Source: Candidatus Limnocylindria bacterium
GTDB taxonomy: Bacteria; Patescibacteriota; Saccharimonadia; Saccharimonadales; JAGQNK01
DNA length: 64,000 bases
Reading direction: 5' to 3'
NCBI GenBank assembly: GCA_035489815.1
Contig: DATHJH010000018.1
Location: 3,027 to 67,026, forward strand
Shown piece after piece: positions 53,556-62,424 of this stretch. The notes below the pieces were generated by a model. The model worked only from the letters and a program-made list of their open reading frames with translations, was not told the DNA's origin and did not search any database. A program made the position numbers and the translations under genes. Every line of letters begins with the position of its first letter. Positions within the stretch are counted from its first letter, which is position 1.

Positions 53556-53614
53556 GTTTAGGTAACTCATTTGCCGACAAAACAAGTTTGCTCGGCAAAA
53601 GTAGTTACCTAAAC
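53556..53614. repeat. Hairpin sharing a 13-mer with element H1
   Basis: GTTTAGGTAACT (53556-53567) pairs with AGTTACCTAAAC (53603-53614). Inner stem is TTGCCGA/TCGGCAA. ACAAAACAAGTTT (53577-53589) is identical to 8461-8473. Confidence 0.8.
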
Positions 53615-53897
53615 AAGTCGACTCCTTCTCAAATTCGAGAATCCTCTCTCGAATTTGGCTGGAGACTGTCAAGCAGCAGGGCTGCTTGGATTGAAAGATT
53701 CGGGCTGCAGGTAATCCAGTTTTTGATTGTTAAAATGAGTTTTTGCTTTGCTTGCTGTAAGTTCGCAAATGGGAAAATTAACTCCTTACATTATCCTTAT
53801 TTTTGGGGAAATGTCAATCTGTTACGCAGGCTGGTATGTCCGGGTTCCCTGACTTCCCGGCTGATCTTGAGCGGCTCGACCTCAAATTACGAAGATG

Positions 53898-53926
53898 TTG
53901 ACAATGAGCACGAGGGGTTTTATCCT
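53898..53926 (+). promoter_or_regulatory. Sigma70-like promoter (TTGACA-17 nt-TATCCT)
   Basis: TTGACA at 53898-53903 and TATCCT at 53921-53926, 8 nt before the ATG at 53935. This would imply a near-leaderless mRNA. Confidence 0.35.
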
Positions 53927-53934
53927 TAAAAACT

Positions 53935-54396
53935 ATGCCCCCAACAAGCTTATTTGTTCCGGCGCTCCCGGATTGCCCAGTAGAGGTTTTGCGTGACAAA
54001 AACCAGCAGTTGGATCATGGCCTGCTGACTCCTCGTGCCTTTGATCAGCATTTGCCTGGTGATCTTGATGGCACCCTCGTTTTTGTTGACCAGCAATACG
54101 ACCCAAAGGATTTTGAAACAGGCAGGAAACTACCAGGCGGCCTTCACATTTTGCGTGGTGTGGACCTGGAAAGTCGACTTGGTTTTGATGTTATAGAAGA
54201 AGCGCGTGAGGTAGCTGGCGAAGAGCCGACAAATGTTGTACTTACGCCTGGTTTATTCGAGCAAGCTCTGCGGGGTGCCCTGGATGATCCAAGTTTGGAC
54301 TTGCGTGTGCTGGGCGCACGGAGCCAGCCTTCGAAGGCCGCGACTTTTATATTTGGGGTTACGACCGACTGGGCAGATTCTTTGCCAGTTGTATAG
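53935..54396 (+). CDS. Hypothetical protein (153 aa)
   Basis: ORF with protein-like composition. No motif recognised. Confidence 0.4.
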   Translation: MPPTSLFVPALPDCPVEVLRDKNQQLDHGLLTPRAFDQHLPGDLDGTLVFVDQQYDPKDFETGRKLPGGLHILRGVDLESRLGFDVIEEAREVAGEEPTNVVLTPGLFEQALRGALDDPSLDLRVLGARSQPSKAATFIFGVTTDWADSLPVV

Positions 54397-54451
54397 TAAG
54401 TTCCGGCAAATTCCAAGAATAATAGTTTAGTGCACTGATATACTTTGGCAT

Positions 54452-55882
54452 GTGAATCTGAAGTTTCGATTCCGGCGGACGACGATTATTTCTGCTAGTT
54501 TGCTAGCCTTCTTGGTGGGGTTGGTTTTGGCCAAGTCCGGGTGGCGCGTGGACGTGGTCGTAGCCTTGATTCCGGCTGGTTTGCTAGTTGTTTTTCGGAA
54601 ACGGACTGTTGCCACGGTGTTGGTGGTGCTGGTTTTAGGGTTACTGTTAGGCGTTTGGCGTGGTGGTGCCGTACAACAACAAGTTGCCGAGTACGGCCAG
54701 TTTTATGGCCGAACTGTTTTAGTGAGTGGGCGGGTGCTGGATGATCCGGTGTATGACAAAGCCCAGTTGGATTTCCGTCTGGGCGCTGTGCTGGTTGACG
54801 GGCACAGCCTGCCGGGGCAAGTACGCGTGAAGACGCTGGCAAACGGCATCCGCCGCGGAGACGACTTGCGGGTACGGGGCAAACTGCGGGATGGGTTTGG
54901 CAATTATCAGGCCAGCATGTACTTTGCAGATGTAGCGGTGACTGCTCACTCCAACAGTCCGCTGGAAAAGTTGCGCCGGGAGTTCTTTGCTGCGGTGTAC
55001 AGTGTGCTGCCGGAACCGCAGGCCAGTCTGGGACTGGGGTTTTTGGTAGGGCTGCGCTCATCCTTGCCGGAGGATCTGGACGAGCAGTTGCGGATTGTCG
55101 GGCTGACACACATTGTGGTGGCTTCCGGATACAATTTGACGGTTTTGGTGAGGCTGTCGCGCCGAATTTTGGCAAAGCACTCCAAGTACCAGGCGTTTGC
55201 CGGGTCGATTGCTTTGATGCTGGTCTTTCTGGCAGTAACTGGTGCCAGCCCGTCAATGGTCAGGGCAAGCGTGGTGACCGCCCTTAGCCTGCTGGCCTGG
55301 TATTACGGCCGGCGGTTCCAGCCGGTGCTTATCATCCTGTTAGGTGCTGCTCTGACAGCTGGCGTCAACCCGCTCTTTATCTGGCATGATCTGGGGTGGT
55401 GGCTATCGTTCCTGGCTTTTGCGGGTGTGCTGGTGTTGGCGCCACTCATTTCCGCCCGGTTTTTGCGGGACAAATCGCCGCCGCTGTTAGCACAAGTGGC
55501 TATTGAGACATTGGCCGCGCAGTTGCTCACCATGCCGCTGATACTATTCATGTTTGGGCAGCTGTCAGTGGTTGCGTTGGTGGCCAATGTGGCAGTTGTG
55601 CCGCTTATACCCTATGCTATGGCGAGTACGGCGCTGGCCGGCCTGGCTGGAATGGCATTGCCCGGCGGTTTTGCTGGCTGGCTGGCAGTGCCGGCCCAAC
55701 TGTTACTGAGCTATGTGGTTTCGGCCATTCGCTTGTTTGCCCTGCCGTCTTGGGCCCAGCGCGAGGTCGGCATAGACGTTGTGGGGTTGGTGTTGCTCTA
55801 TGCCCTGATCCTTGGCGGGACGACTGTTCTATACGCTAAATCAAAGGTGACTTTTTCCAAAATTCCTTCGGTGGTAGAGTAG
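54452..55882 (+). CDS. comEC: ComEC/Rec2-family DNA internalisation channel protein
   Basis: Polytopic membrane protein with an N-terminal OB/DUF4131-like region (GRVLDDPVYD...VRVK) and a competence domain (GLTHIVVASGYNLTVL). Confidence 0.85.
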   Translation: MNLKFRFRRTTIISASLLAFLVGLVLAKSGWRVDVVVALIPAGLLVVFRKRTVATVLVVLVLGLLLGVWRGGAVQQQVAEYGQFYGRTVLVSGRVLDDPVYDKAQLDFRLGAVLVDGHSLPGQVRVKTLANGIRRGDDLRVRGKLRDGFGNYQASMYFADVAVTAHSNSPLEKLRREFFAAVYSVLPEPQASLGLGFLVGLRSSLPEDLDEQLRIVGLTHIVVASGYNLTVLVRLSRRILAKHSKYQAFAGSIALMLVFLAVTGASPSMVRASVVTALSLLAWYYGRRFQPVLIILLGAALTAGVNPLFIWHDLGWWLSFLAFAGVLVLAPLISARFLRDKSPPLLAQVAIETLAAQLLTMPLILFMFGQLSVVALVANVAVVPLIPYAMASTALAGLAGMALPGGFAGWLAVPAQLLLSYVVSAIRLFALPSWAQREVGIDVVGLVLLYALILGGTTVLYAKSKVTFSKIPSVVE

Positions 55883-55953
55883 CCGCAAGCACTCCTTTTG
55901 TTATACTCAGTTTCATAAGTTCATAGAGAAGAAACACTCGCTTGGAGGTATAT

Positions 55954-57312
55954 ATGCGGTCTGTGACGGTGGAAGATGGGCTGGAGATGATTGATCCATA
56001 TCTGGAGGTCGCTGCCGCTAGCAATCATGTGCCCGGAATGGTCGTAAGTATATGGAATTACGATGGGATGGCCTATAACCGGGCTTTTGGATTGGCAGAT
56101 GTCGAAGCCGGTACGCCCATGACTACTAATCACCTGTTTCGAGGGGCATCAATCCAGAAAATGGCAACCGCAGCAACCTGCATGTTGTTAGACGATTCGG
56201 CCGATTTATACCTGGACCAGCCTGTGGCTGATTTTGTATCAGAGCTCCACGATCATCCGGACGAAGCCTTTTCAAGCGTAACTATCAGGGAGGTTCTGTC
56301 GCAAAGTACGGGTCTTATTAGGAACGGGCCGCGGCCATCGTGGTGGTGGGACGAAAGGGTACCGTTTCCAGATGATGAAACGCTTATTGATCTGTTCATG
56401 GGGTCGACTTACGATTCTAATCACGAACAGCGAGGCATGGGCAGGTATTCAAACGCTGCTTATGGATTGCTCAAACTGGTAGTCGAACGAGCCAGCGGCC
56501 AGTCGTTTGATGATTTGGAAAGGGAGCAAATTATATCCCCCTTAGGGCTAGAGGCTTCCATGTACCCTGATTATTCACCCGAAATTACTGATCAGTTGGC
56601 AACAGGGTATACCAGTTACGTCGCAGGTGAACGCTACCCGGCGCTTGCTGGCAGGAAGGCTACGAATGCTCTGGCCGCCAGTATGGGAGTGTGTCTGACT
56701 TCAGAAGCTGCTTGTCGGCTAGGGGCGGCTTTTCTGGATGAAGACACGACCGTGCTTTCGGACGAACAAAAGCAACTGATGCTGCCGACACATCAGTCAG
56801 TATACGGGGCACTAGACAAGCTGCAGTATGGGTTGGGGCTGCAGGTATTTCGATCTGATCCGCCGCTCTTTGGGCATACGGGGGGCTTCAACGGATTTAG
56901 GGGTGCCGTGGTCGTAAACCCCGAAGAGTTAGTAGTGGTGTCCGTGCTCATGAATTCTACAGACGCCTCGCCAGATAAGATGGCGGTAGGCATCATGGAC
57001 ACTTTGAAGTTGTTAAGTAAGGTTAGGCCCTCGCCGGGGTTGCTGCCACTTAAGGGGGTCTATCGGGGGGTTATGGCGGATATATACCAGGTGACACCTA
57101 CGAAGAACGGACTCTATTTAACCGACCCCACGACATGGGATCCACTGCGGGGCCTGCAACGTTACGACCACGTGGGTGACGGCAAATTTTTTTCAGGTTC
57201 TGAACACCCCGACGAACTAGTGCACTTTTGCGAGGACGGCAACCATACAATTATGGTAGGTCGCGGCGGACTGGAGTTTGTTCCTATCCAGGCTTTCCCC
57301 GACTACATGTGA
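55954..57312 (+). CDS. Serine hydrolase, beta-lactamase/PBP (class C-like) family
   Basis: SxxK motif FRGASIQKMATA and YSNAAYGLL. GGAGG RBS lies before the ATG at 55954. Confidence 0.8.
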   Translation: MRSVTVEDGLEMIDPYLEVAAASNHVPGMVVSIWNYDGMAYNRAFGLADVEAGTPMTTNHLFRGASIQKMATAATCMLLDDSADLYLDQPVADFVSELHDHPDEAFSSVTIREVLSQSTGLIRNGPRPSWWWDERVPFPDDETLIDLFMGSTYDSNHEQRGMGRYSNAAYGLLKLVVERASGQSFDDLEREQIISPLGLEASMYPDYSPEITDQLATGYTSYVAGERYPALAGRKATNALAASMGVCLTSEAACRLGAAFLDEDTTVLSDEQKQLMLPTHQSVYGALDKLQYGLGLQVFRSDPPLFGHTGGFNGFRGAVVVNPEELVVVSVLMNSTDASPDKMAVGIMDTLKLLSKVRPSPGLLPLKGVYRGVMADIYQVTPTKNGLYLTDPTTWDPLRGLQRYDHVGDGKFFSGSEHPDELVHFCEDGNHTIMVGRGGLEFVPIQAFPDYM

Positions 57313-57743
57313 GAGTGGGGCAGCCTACAGCCATTGCTTAACTTTGGCAGGATTTCTTGGTACTGGGCCTGGAGTTCCGCAGCGTCAAGTGTTGCTAGCT
57401 TGCCGAGGCCTGCGGACAGTCTGTCGACGGCTTCATCATATTCGGCCGGACTGCAAGAGGTGTCTCCAGGGCTGCTCCATTCCTAGCGGACGCTGATTGG
57501 CGCCCCAGATAGCTTTTATTGAGCCCAGCAGCCAGAGGATGGGCTATTCACGAATACACGTCACCCGGATGTTCCCCCCGGAGTCGGTCATGCAACTTCT
57601 CCCAACTTTTCATTACCATGCGTTTGGCACAGTACTATCCTGGCGTCGGGAGGTAATTGGTGCATGATCTCATCTATGCTACCATGCGCAAAGAGGGAAA
57701 ACATAGTACAATAACAGATACGACAAGTACGGAAGGAGAGCCA

Positions 57744-58475
57744 ATGTCCGGACACAGTAAATGGGAAACGATCAGACGCCAAAAAGGCGCCAACGACGCC
57801 AAGCGCGGCGTACTGTTTACCAAACTGGGCAACGCCATTGCCGTGGCGGCCAAAGGCGGGGCTGACCCGGACATGAACTTTGCCCTGCGCCTGGCCGTGG
57901 ATAAGGCCAAGGCCTCGAACATGCCGACGGCTAACATTCAGCGCTCTATAGACCGCGGGTCCGGCAAACTGGGCGGCGCACAAATCCAGGAAGTCATGTA
58001 TGAGGGCTACGGCTCCGGCGGCGTGGCCATTCTGGTAGAGTGTGCCACCGACAACCTGAACCGCACTTTGCCGGAAGTCCGGTTGGCTTTTTCTAAACAC
58101 GGCGGCCGTCTGGCGGAAAAGGGCGCGGTGGCTTTCCAGTTTGACCGTAAGGGTATGATCCGGGTGGCTGGCAACGGCGATGACCTCATGTTGCAAGTCC
58201 TGGACGCCGGGGCCGAGGACATGCAGGAGGAAGGCGAGGAATCCATCGTCTACACCGACCCAAAGGAATTTGCCAAAGTCCGCGACGCTCTGAAAGACGC
58301 GGGCCTGGAAGTCCTGGAAGCTCAGTTGACATACGTGCCAAACACTACGGTAGAGATTACGGACGCGGCAACGGCTGGCAAAATTATGCGGGTCATGGAC
58401 GCGCTGGACGACCTGGACGACGTCACCGCCACCCACACCAACTTTGACATCCCCGAGGAACTGTTAGCGGTATGA
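57744..58475 (+). CDS. yebC: YebC/PmpR-family transcriptional regulator
   Basis: Highly conserved MSGHSKWETIRRQKGANDAKRG...YEGYGSGGVAILVE. AAGGAG RBS. Confidence 0.95.
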   Translation: MSGHSKWETIRRQKGANDAKRGVLFTKLGNAIAVAAKGGADPDMNFALRLAVDKAKASNMPTANIQRSIDRGSGKLGGAQIQEVMYEGYGSGGVAILVECATDNLNRTLPEVRLAFSKHGGRLAEKGAVAFQFDRKGMIRVAGNGDDLMLQVLDAGAEDMQEEGEESIVYTDPKEFAKVRDALKDAGLEVLEAQLTYVPNTTVEITDAATAGKIMRVMDALDDLDDVTATHTNFDIPEELLAV

Positions 58476-58960
58476 CAGTAACTAGCTCTGACATTCACGG
58501 TACAAAGTACCAGGTGGCTCTGGACCAACTGGAGTGGCGGCCAGCTGCCTATGCAATCGTTATACAAAACGACAAAATTCTGCTCACCAGGCAGCATGGT
58601 GTTTTTCACCTGCCAGGCGGCGGCGTAGAGTTTGGCGAAATGCCCGACGAGGCGGTTGTTCGTGAGGCGCGGGAAGAAACAGGAGCTGTCATTGCTAACC
58701 CAAAGCTGGTGGGCTGTATATCAGGCTTTTTTACCTGGTATGATGGCAAAAAAGACACCCATGTGCAGTCAATCCTTCTGTACTATCACTGTGACTTTGT
58801 GGGCGGCGAGCTCTCCACGGACGGCTTTATGGATGATGAAAAAGAAATAGGCGAAATGCCCGAATGGGTTGCGCTGAAGGATTTGGATACTATCACAGCA
58901 GGAAGCACCATTGACTGGCGCAGGGTGGTTAAGGATCTGGTAAAACAGTTCAATAAGTAA
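58472..58960 (+). CDS. NUDIX hydrolase
   Basis: Nudix box GGGVEFGEMPDEAVVREAREETG. Has a 4-nt overlap with the yebC stop. Confidence 0.85.
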   Translation: MTVTSSDIHGTKYQVALDQLEWRPAAYAIVIQNDKILLTRQHGVFHLPGGGVEFGEMPDEAVVREAREETGAVIANPKLVGCISGFFTWYDGKKDTHVQSILLYYHCDFVGGELSTDGFMDDEKEIGEMPEWVALKDLDTITAGSTIDWRRVVKDLVKQFNK

Positions 58961-59024
58961 CCGTACTTATATTCACAGCATAAGCTTTTTGACATGTACT
59001 AGTTGGTAAAGTATTATTGCCGTG

Positions 59025-60608
59025 ATGGGTAAATGTTTTAGTGCTAGTTTATTTATTTTGGTGATCCTTGTGCTGGTGACAGTCCGGCCTGGAGTGACCG
59101 GAGCGGAAGTTGGGGGTGCCACCAGCACAATCCTCATCAGTGAAATACAGCTGAACGGTGATGATGTGCGCCCGCAGTTTGTAGAGTTGGTGAATACGAC
59201 GGCCCAGGCTATCGACCTGACGGGCTGGGTGTTGGAGTACGCCAAGCCAGCCTTTGGACCGGAACTATGCACGGCTGCGGACTGGTTGGCTGCGGCCCCA
59301 AGCGGCACGGCCGCTGGCTTTGAGCTATCTGGTGTGATTGCGGCAGGCGGGGTGGTGGTGTTTGAGCCGCCGCCGGGGCAGATCAACAAAACAACGGCTG
59401 GCGCGCTGAGGTTGTTGTCCCCGGAGGTTGCTGGTGTGCGTGTACAACATGACCTGCTGGGCTGGGGTTTGGCGACGAGTCCGGCCCCGTGCCTGGAAGG
59501 AAAGCAGACCCGGGTACCGCCCAAGTCCAAAAGTCTGCAACGGTATGTGGAATGTGACGGCGGAGCGGTCGTAGACACTAATAACAATCAGCTGGATTTT
59601 GGAGTGGCCTCGCTGCCAAACCCCACGGCCTTGAACCCATTGCAGCCGGAAAGCTGCGGTCCGGAAGTGCCGGCGTCGGCGTGCGACGGGGTGGTTATCA
59701 GCGAGATCCTACCCAACCCGAAAGGGGCGGACCTGGCCAAAGAATTCATCGAACTATTCAACCCGACGGCTTTCCCCTTGGCGTTGGACGGTTGCCAGCT
59801 GGGGCTGGATAGCGCTGCCAAGCCCTATACGTTTCCAGCAGGTACAAGTTTGCAGCCGGAGGAATATCGAGCCTTTTCCGACGAACAAACCGGCCTGATC
59901 CTGTCTAATGCTGCGGGTGGTGAAGTAATGCTTGTCAGCGAAAAGGCGGAGTACGCTTACCGTTATCCGGCTCACTTGAAAGACGACGAGTCCTGGGCCT
60001 CGGTCAGCAGCCTGTGGCAGGCGACAGATGTGCCGACGCCGGCTGCCCCCAATCAGCCCGCCCAGCCACAAGCAGAAAAACCGGCTGTGGGCAGCCCGGC
60101 GCTGGCACCCTGCCCGGATGGCAAGTTCCGTAACCCCCTCACCAATAGATGCAAATCGCTCGTTGCAACTGCAGTCGCCTCAGCTGCAGGCTTGACTCCC
60201 TGCCAAGCCGGCCAAACGCGCAACCCAGCCACTAACCGGTGCCGCAGCACCGTGGTTGCGGCCTCTTCCGCACTCACCCCATGCAAACCAGGGCAGGAAC
60301 GCAACCCGGCGACCAACCGGTGCCGCAGCGTGTTGTCGGCCGCCACAACGCTGAAGCCCTGCGACGCCGGGGAGGAGCGTAACCCCAAAACTAATCGCTG
60401 CCGAAAGGTTGCTACGACCCTTGCGTCGGCTGGCTCTAAGCCTTCAGAAGGCCAAAACTCAGGCTCGACGGCAAGGAGCAGGATCAACTACGGCATCCTG
60501 GGACTGGTCGGTGCTTCGGCCATCGGCTACGGCGCTTACGAATACCGTAATGACTTTCGTCATAAACTCGCCGCCCTTAAATCTCGCGTGGGTAAGTCTG
60601 GCAAGTAG
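59025..60608 (+). CDS. Secreted, C-terminally anchored protein with two lamin-tail-like (LTD) domains and four Cys-bounded RNPxTNRC repeats
   Basis: Signal peptide. LTD-like ILISEIQLNGDD...FVELVNTT and VVISEILPNPKGADLAKEFIELFNPT. Repeats CPDGKFRNPLTNRCKS, CQAGQTRNPATNRCRS, CKPGQERNPATNRCRS, CDAGEERNPKTNRCRK, followed by a C-terminal TM. Confidence 0.7.
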   Translation: MGKCFSASLFILVILVLVTVRPGVTGAEVGGATSTILISEIQLNGDDVRPQFVELVNTTAQAIDLTGWVLEYAKPAFGPELCTAADWLAAAPSGTAAGFELSGVIAAGGVVVFEPPPGQINKTTAGALRLLSPEVAGVRVQHDLLGWGLATSPAPCLEGKQTRVPPKSKSLQRYVECDGGAVVDTNNNQLDFGVASLPNPTALNPLQPESCGPEVPASACDGVVISEILPNPKGADLAKEFIELFNPTAFPLALDGCQLGLDSAAKPYTFPAGTSLQPEEYRAFSDEQTGLILSNAAGGEVMLVSEKAEYAYRYPAHLKDDESWASVSSLWQATDVPTPAAPNQPAQPQAEKPAVGSPALAPCPDGKFRNPLTNRCKSLVATAVASAAGLTPCQAGQTRNPATNRCRSTVVAASSALTPCKPGQERNPATNRCRSVLSAATTLKPCDAGEERNPKTNRCRKVATTLASAGSKPSEGQNSGSTARSRINYGILGLVGASAIGYGAYEYRNDFRHKLAALKSRVGKSGK

Positions 60609-60631
60609 CAGCAACCTGGTATGCTACATGC

Positions 60632-61114
60632 ATGAGAGTTATTGGCATTGACCCTGGCACCGGCATCCTTGGTTTTGGCGTGGTGGATGTTGACTTGCGG
60701 GGTAAAGCGGTGTTGGTAGACGCGGGCGTTATTCGTACGCCGGTCCGACAGGCAGACAGCGACCGGTTACTTACTATTTATAATGAACTGCAGGTCATTA
60801 TAAAAACCACCAAGCCGCGGGTAATGGCGGTAGAAAAACTATTCTTTTCCCAAAACGTCACCACCGCTATGAGTGTGTCCCAGGCCCGGGGGGTGGTATT
60901 GCTGTTGGGCAGGCAATACAACTTGGAGCTGCACGAATACACCCCGCTGCAGATAAAGCAGTCTATAACTGGCTACGGCAAAGCGGATAAAAAGCAAATA
61001 CAGGAAATGGTCCGGGTGATGCTGGGACTGCGGGAAATCCCAAAACCGGATGACTGTGCTGATGCTCTGGCCACGGCCCTCTGTCATTCTATGCACAAAC
61101 GCTACGCCGACTAG
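60632..61114 (+). CDS. ruvC: Holliday junction resolvase RuvC
   Basis: MRVIGIDPGT..., AVEKLFFSQN, and the C-terminal DDCADALATALCH. Confidence 0.95.
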   Translation: MRVIGIDPGTGILGFGVVDVDLRGKAVLVDAGVIRTPVRQADSDRLLTIYNELQVIIKTTKPRVMAVEKLFFSQNVTTAMSVSQARGVVLLLGRQYNLELHEYTPLQIKQSITGYGKADKKQIQEMVRVMLGLREIPKPDDCADALATALCHSMHKRYAD

Positions 61115-61127
61115 TGATCACCAGAGC

Positions 61128-61820
61128 GCTAGAGGACGGACCCTTAGCAAGGGACCTAGCAGGATTTTTTACTGATCGGCGAGCTCCCAATGGATTTCAT
61201 CCAGTATAGCTTTATGACCTTCGTAATCCCTAACAAACTCAAGGTATTGTTCCTGTGAAGGAAAGATGTCTAGTATTTGGTCGGGTTTGACCCAGTCGGC
61301 CTGAGCGTTTCCCAGGTAGTAGCGAAGGCTCGAATATTCATAAGTTTCCCACTCCTTGGGGTTCAGGTGTATGTAGCGTGATATGTGCTCTAGATAGCTG
61401 TCTTCTGAAATTCGGCTTGCCTTATAACGACTCTGAAAAACAGGCCCCACACGTTTGTAGCGTCTATTAAAATACATGCTATAGCTTGTCATCAGGGATC
61501 TCATGAGCTCTACGATAGCCTTCTCGTCACTCTGAAAGAGTAGTAAGTGAAAGTGGTTTGACATAAGACAATACGTCAGTAGCTTGGCCCTTTTACCATA
61601 ACAAGGATACGCGACGCGGGCTGTGCTTAAAGAGGGTTCATTTGACAGGTATCGTTTGAGCAGGCCCAAAAAGTACATATAGTCTTGCTCATCCAGGTAA
61701 ACTGCCTGTTTGGCGACCCCCCTGGAATATATGTGATAGTACTGATCTGCAGCATACTGTTTAACAATATTTCGTCCCGGCATGCACTCATCATATGCTA
61801 GAGGACGGACCCTTAGCAAG
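61128..61820. mobile_element. RAYT/IS200-like Y1 transposase cassette flanked by 24-bp perfect direct repeats
   Basis: GCTAGAGGACGGACCCTTAGCAAG occurs at 61128-61151 and again at 61797-61820. The cassette lies between ruvC and ruvA. Confidence 0.65.
61169..61783 (-). CDS. REP-associated tyrosine transposase (RAYT) / IS200-like Y1 transposase family protein
   Basis: YHIYSRGVAKQAVYLDEQDYMYFLGLL, HUH motif YCLMSNHFHLLL, NRRYKRVGPVFQSRYKA and YIHLNPKE. Start at MPGRNIV (61783). Confidence 0.85.
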   Translation of the reverse strand: MPGRNIVKQYAADQYYHIYSRGVAKQAVYLDEQDYMYFLGLLKRYLSNEPSLSTARVAYPCYGKRAKLLTYCLMSNHFHLLLFQSDEKAIVELMRSLMTSYSMYFNRRYKRVGPVFQSRYKASRISEDSYLEHISRYIHLNPKEWETYEYSSLRYYLGNAQADWVKPDQILDIFPSQEQYLEFVRDYEGHKAILDEIHWELADQ

Positions 61821-61845
61821 AGCGGGATGTGGGATAATGGTGGTT

Positions 61846-62424
61846 ATGATTGCGACATTAAATGGCGTTGTTGCCGAAAAGTTGGCAGAGTTGGTAGTTC
61901 TGGACGTCCAGGGGGTGGGCTATGGCTTGCTGGTACCGATAGAAGAGTACGGCCGTTTGGCCGTTGGTGATTCGGCTAGGTTTTACGTCTATGAACACAT
62001 CCGTGAAAATGCTCATGACCTATACGGATTTTTGCATACGGACACCAAACGGCTCTTTGAGCACCTGTTGGAGGTGAATGGGGTAGGACCAAAGATGGCC
62101 CTGAATATCCTGGGCATAGGATCAGCAGAGGCTGTTCGTCAGGCCATTGCTGCCGGTGACACAAAATTTATCCAAGCTGCCAGCGGGGTAGGTAAGCGTG
62201 TCGCGGAGCGTGTCGTCGTTGACCTAAAGGATAAGGTCGGGTTGGCGAGCACCGCGTCTGATTCAATATTCGTCGGAAATTCTACGCTCAACCAGGATGA
62301 AGCAACGCAGGCGCTGATTGCCCTCGGTTATACGCCCCAAGATGCTGCGAATGCCCTTTCGCAGATTGACGAGAAACTCAGTACAGAAGACCGTATCAAA
62401 CAAGCCCTGAAAGGTGCTCGATGA
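61846..62424 (+). CDS. ruvA: Holliday junction DNA helicase subunit RuvA
   Basis: MIATLNGVV..., helix-hairpin-helix LLEVNGVGPKMAL and ASGVGKRVAERV, C-terminal domain III. Confidence 0.92.
   Translation: MIATLNGVVAEKLAELVVLDVQGVGYGLLVPIEEYGRLAVGDSARFYVYEHIRENAHDLYGFLHTDTKRLFEHLLEVNGVGPKMALNILGIGSAEAVRQAIAAGDTKFIQAASGVGKRVAERVVVDLKDKVGLASTASDSIFVGNSTLNQDEATQALIALGYTPQDAANALSQIDEKLSTEDRIKQALKGAR

Noticed and set aside
53588-53929. 113-aa plus-strand ORF in the tRNA-proximal spacer
   Set aside because: It has a TTG start, overlaps several hairpins and has no motif. The region looks like structured non-coding DNA.
54495-55256. 253-aa minus-strand ORF within comEC. Similar antisense ORFs lie at 57588-58436 (yebC) and 58973-59587 (LTD protein).
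   Set aside because: They lie antisense to conserved genes, and their extreme Pro/Arg/Ala-rich compositions are typical of shadow ORFs.
61128-61151. The 24-bp direct repeat as a REP-type hairpin
   Set aside because: Its halves (GGACCC / GGGACC) are not properly complementary. It behaves as a direct duplication, not a palindrome.
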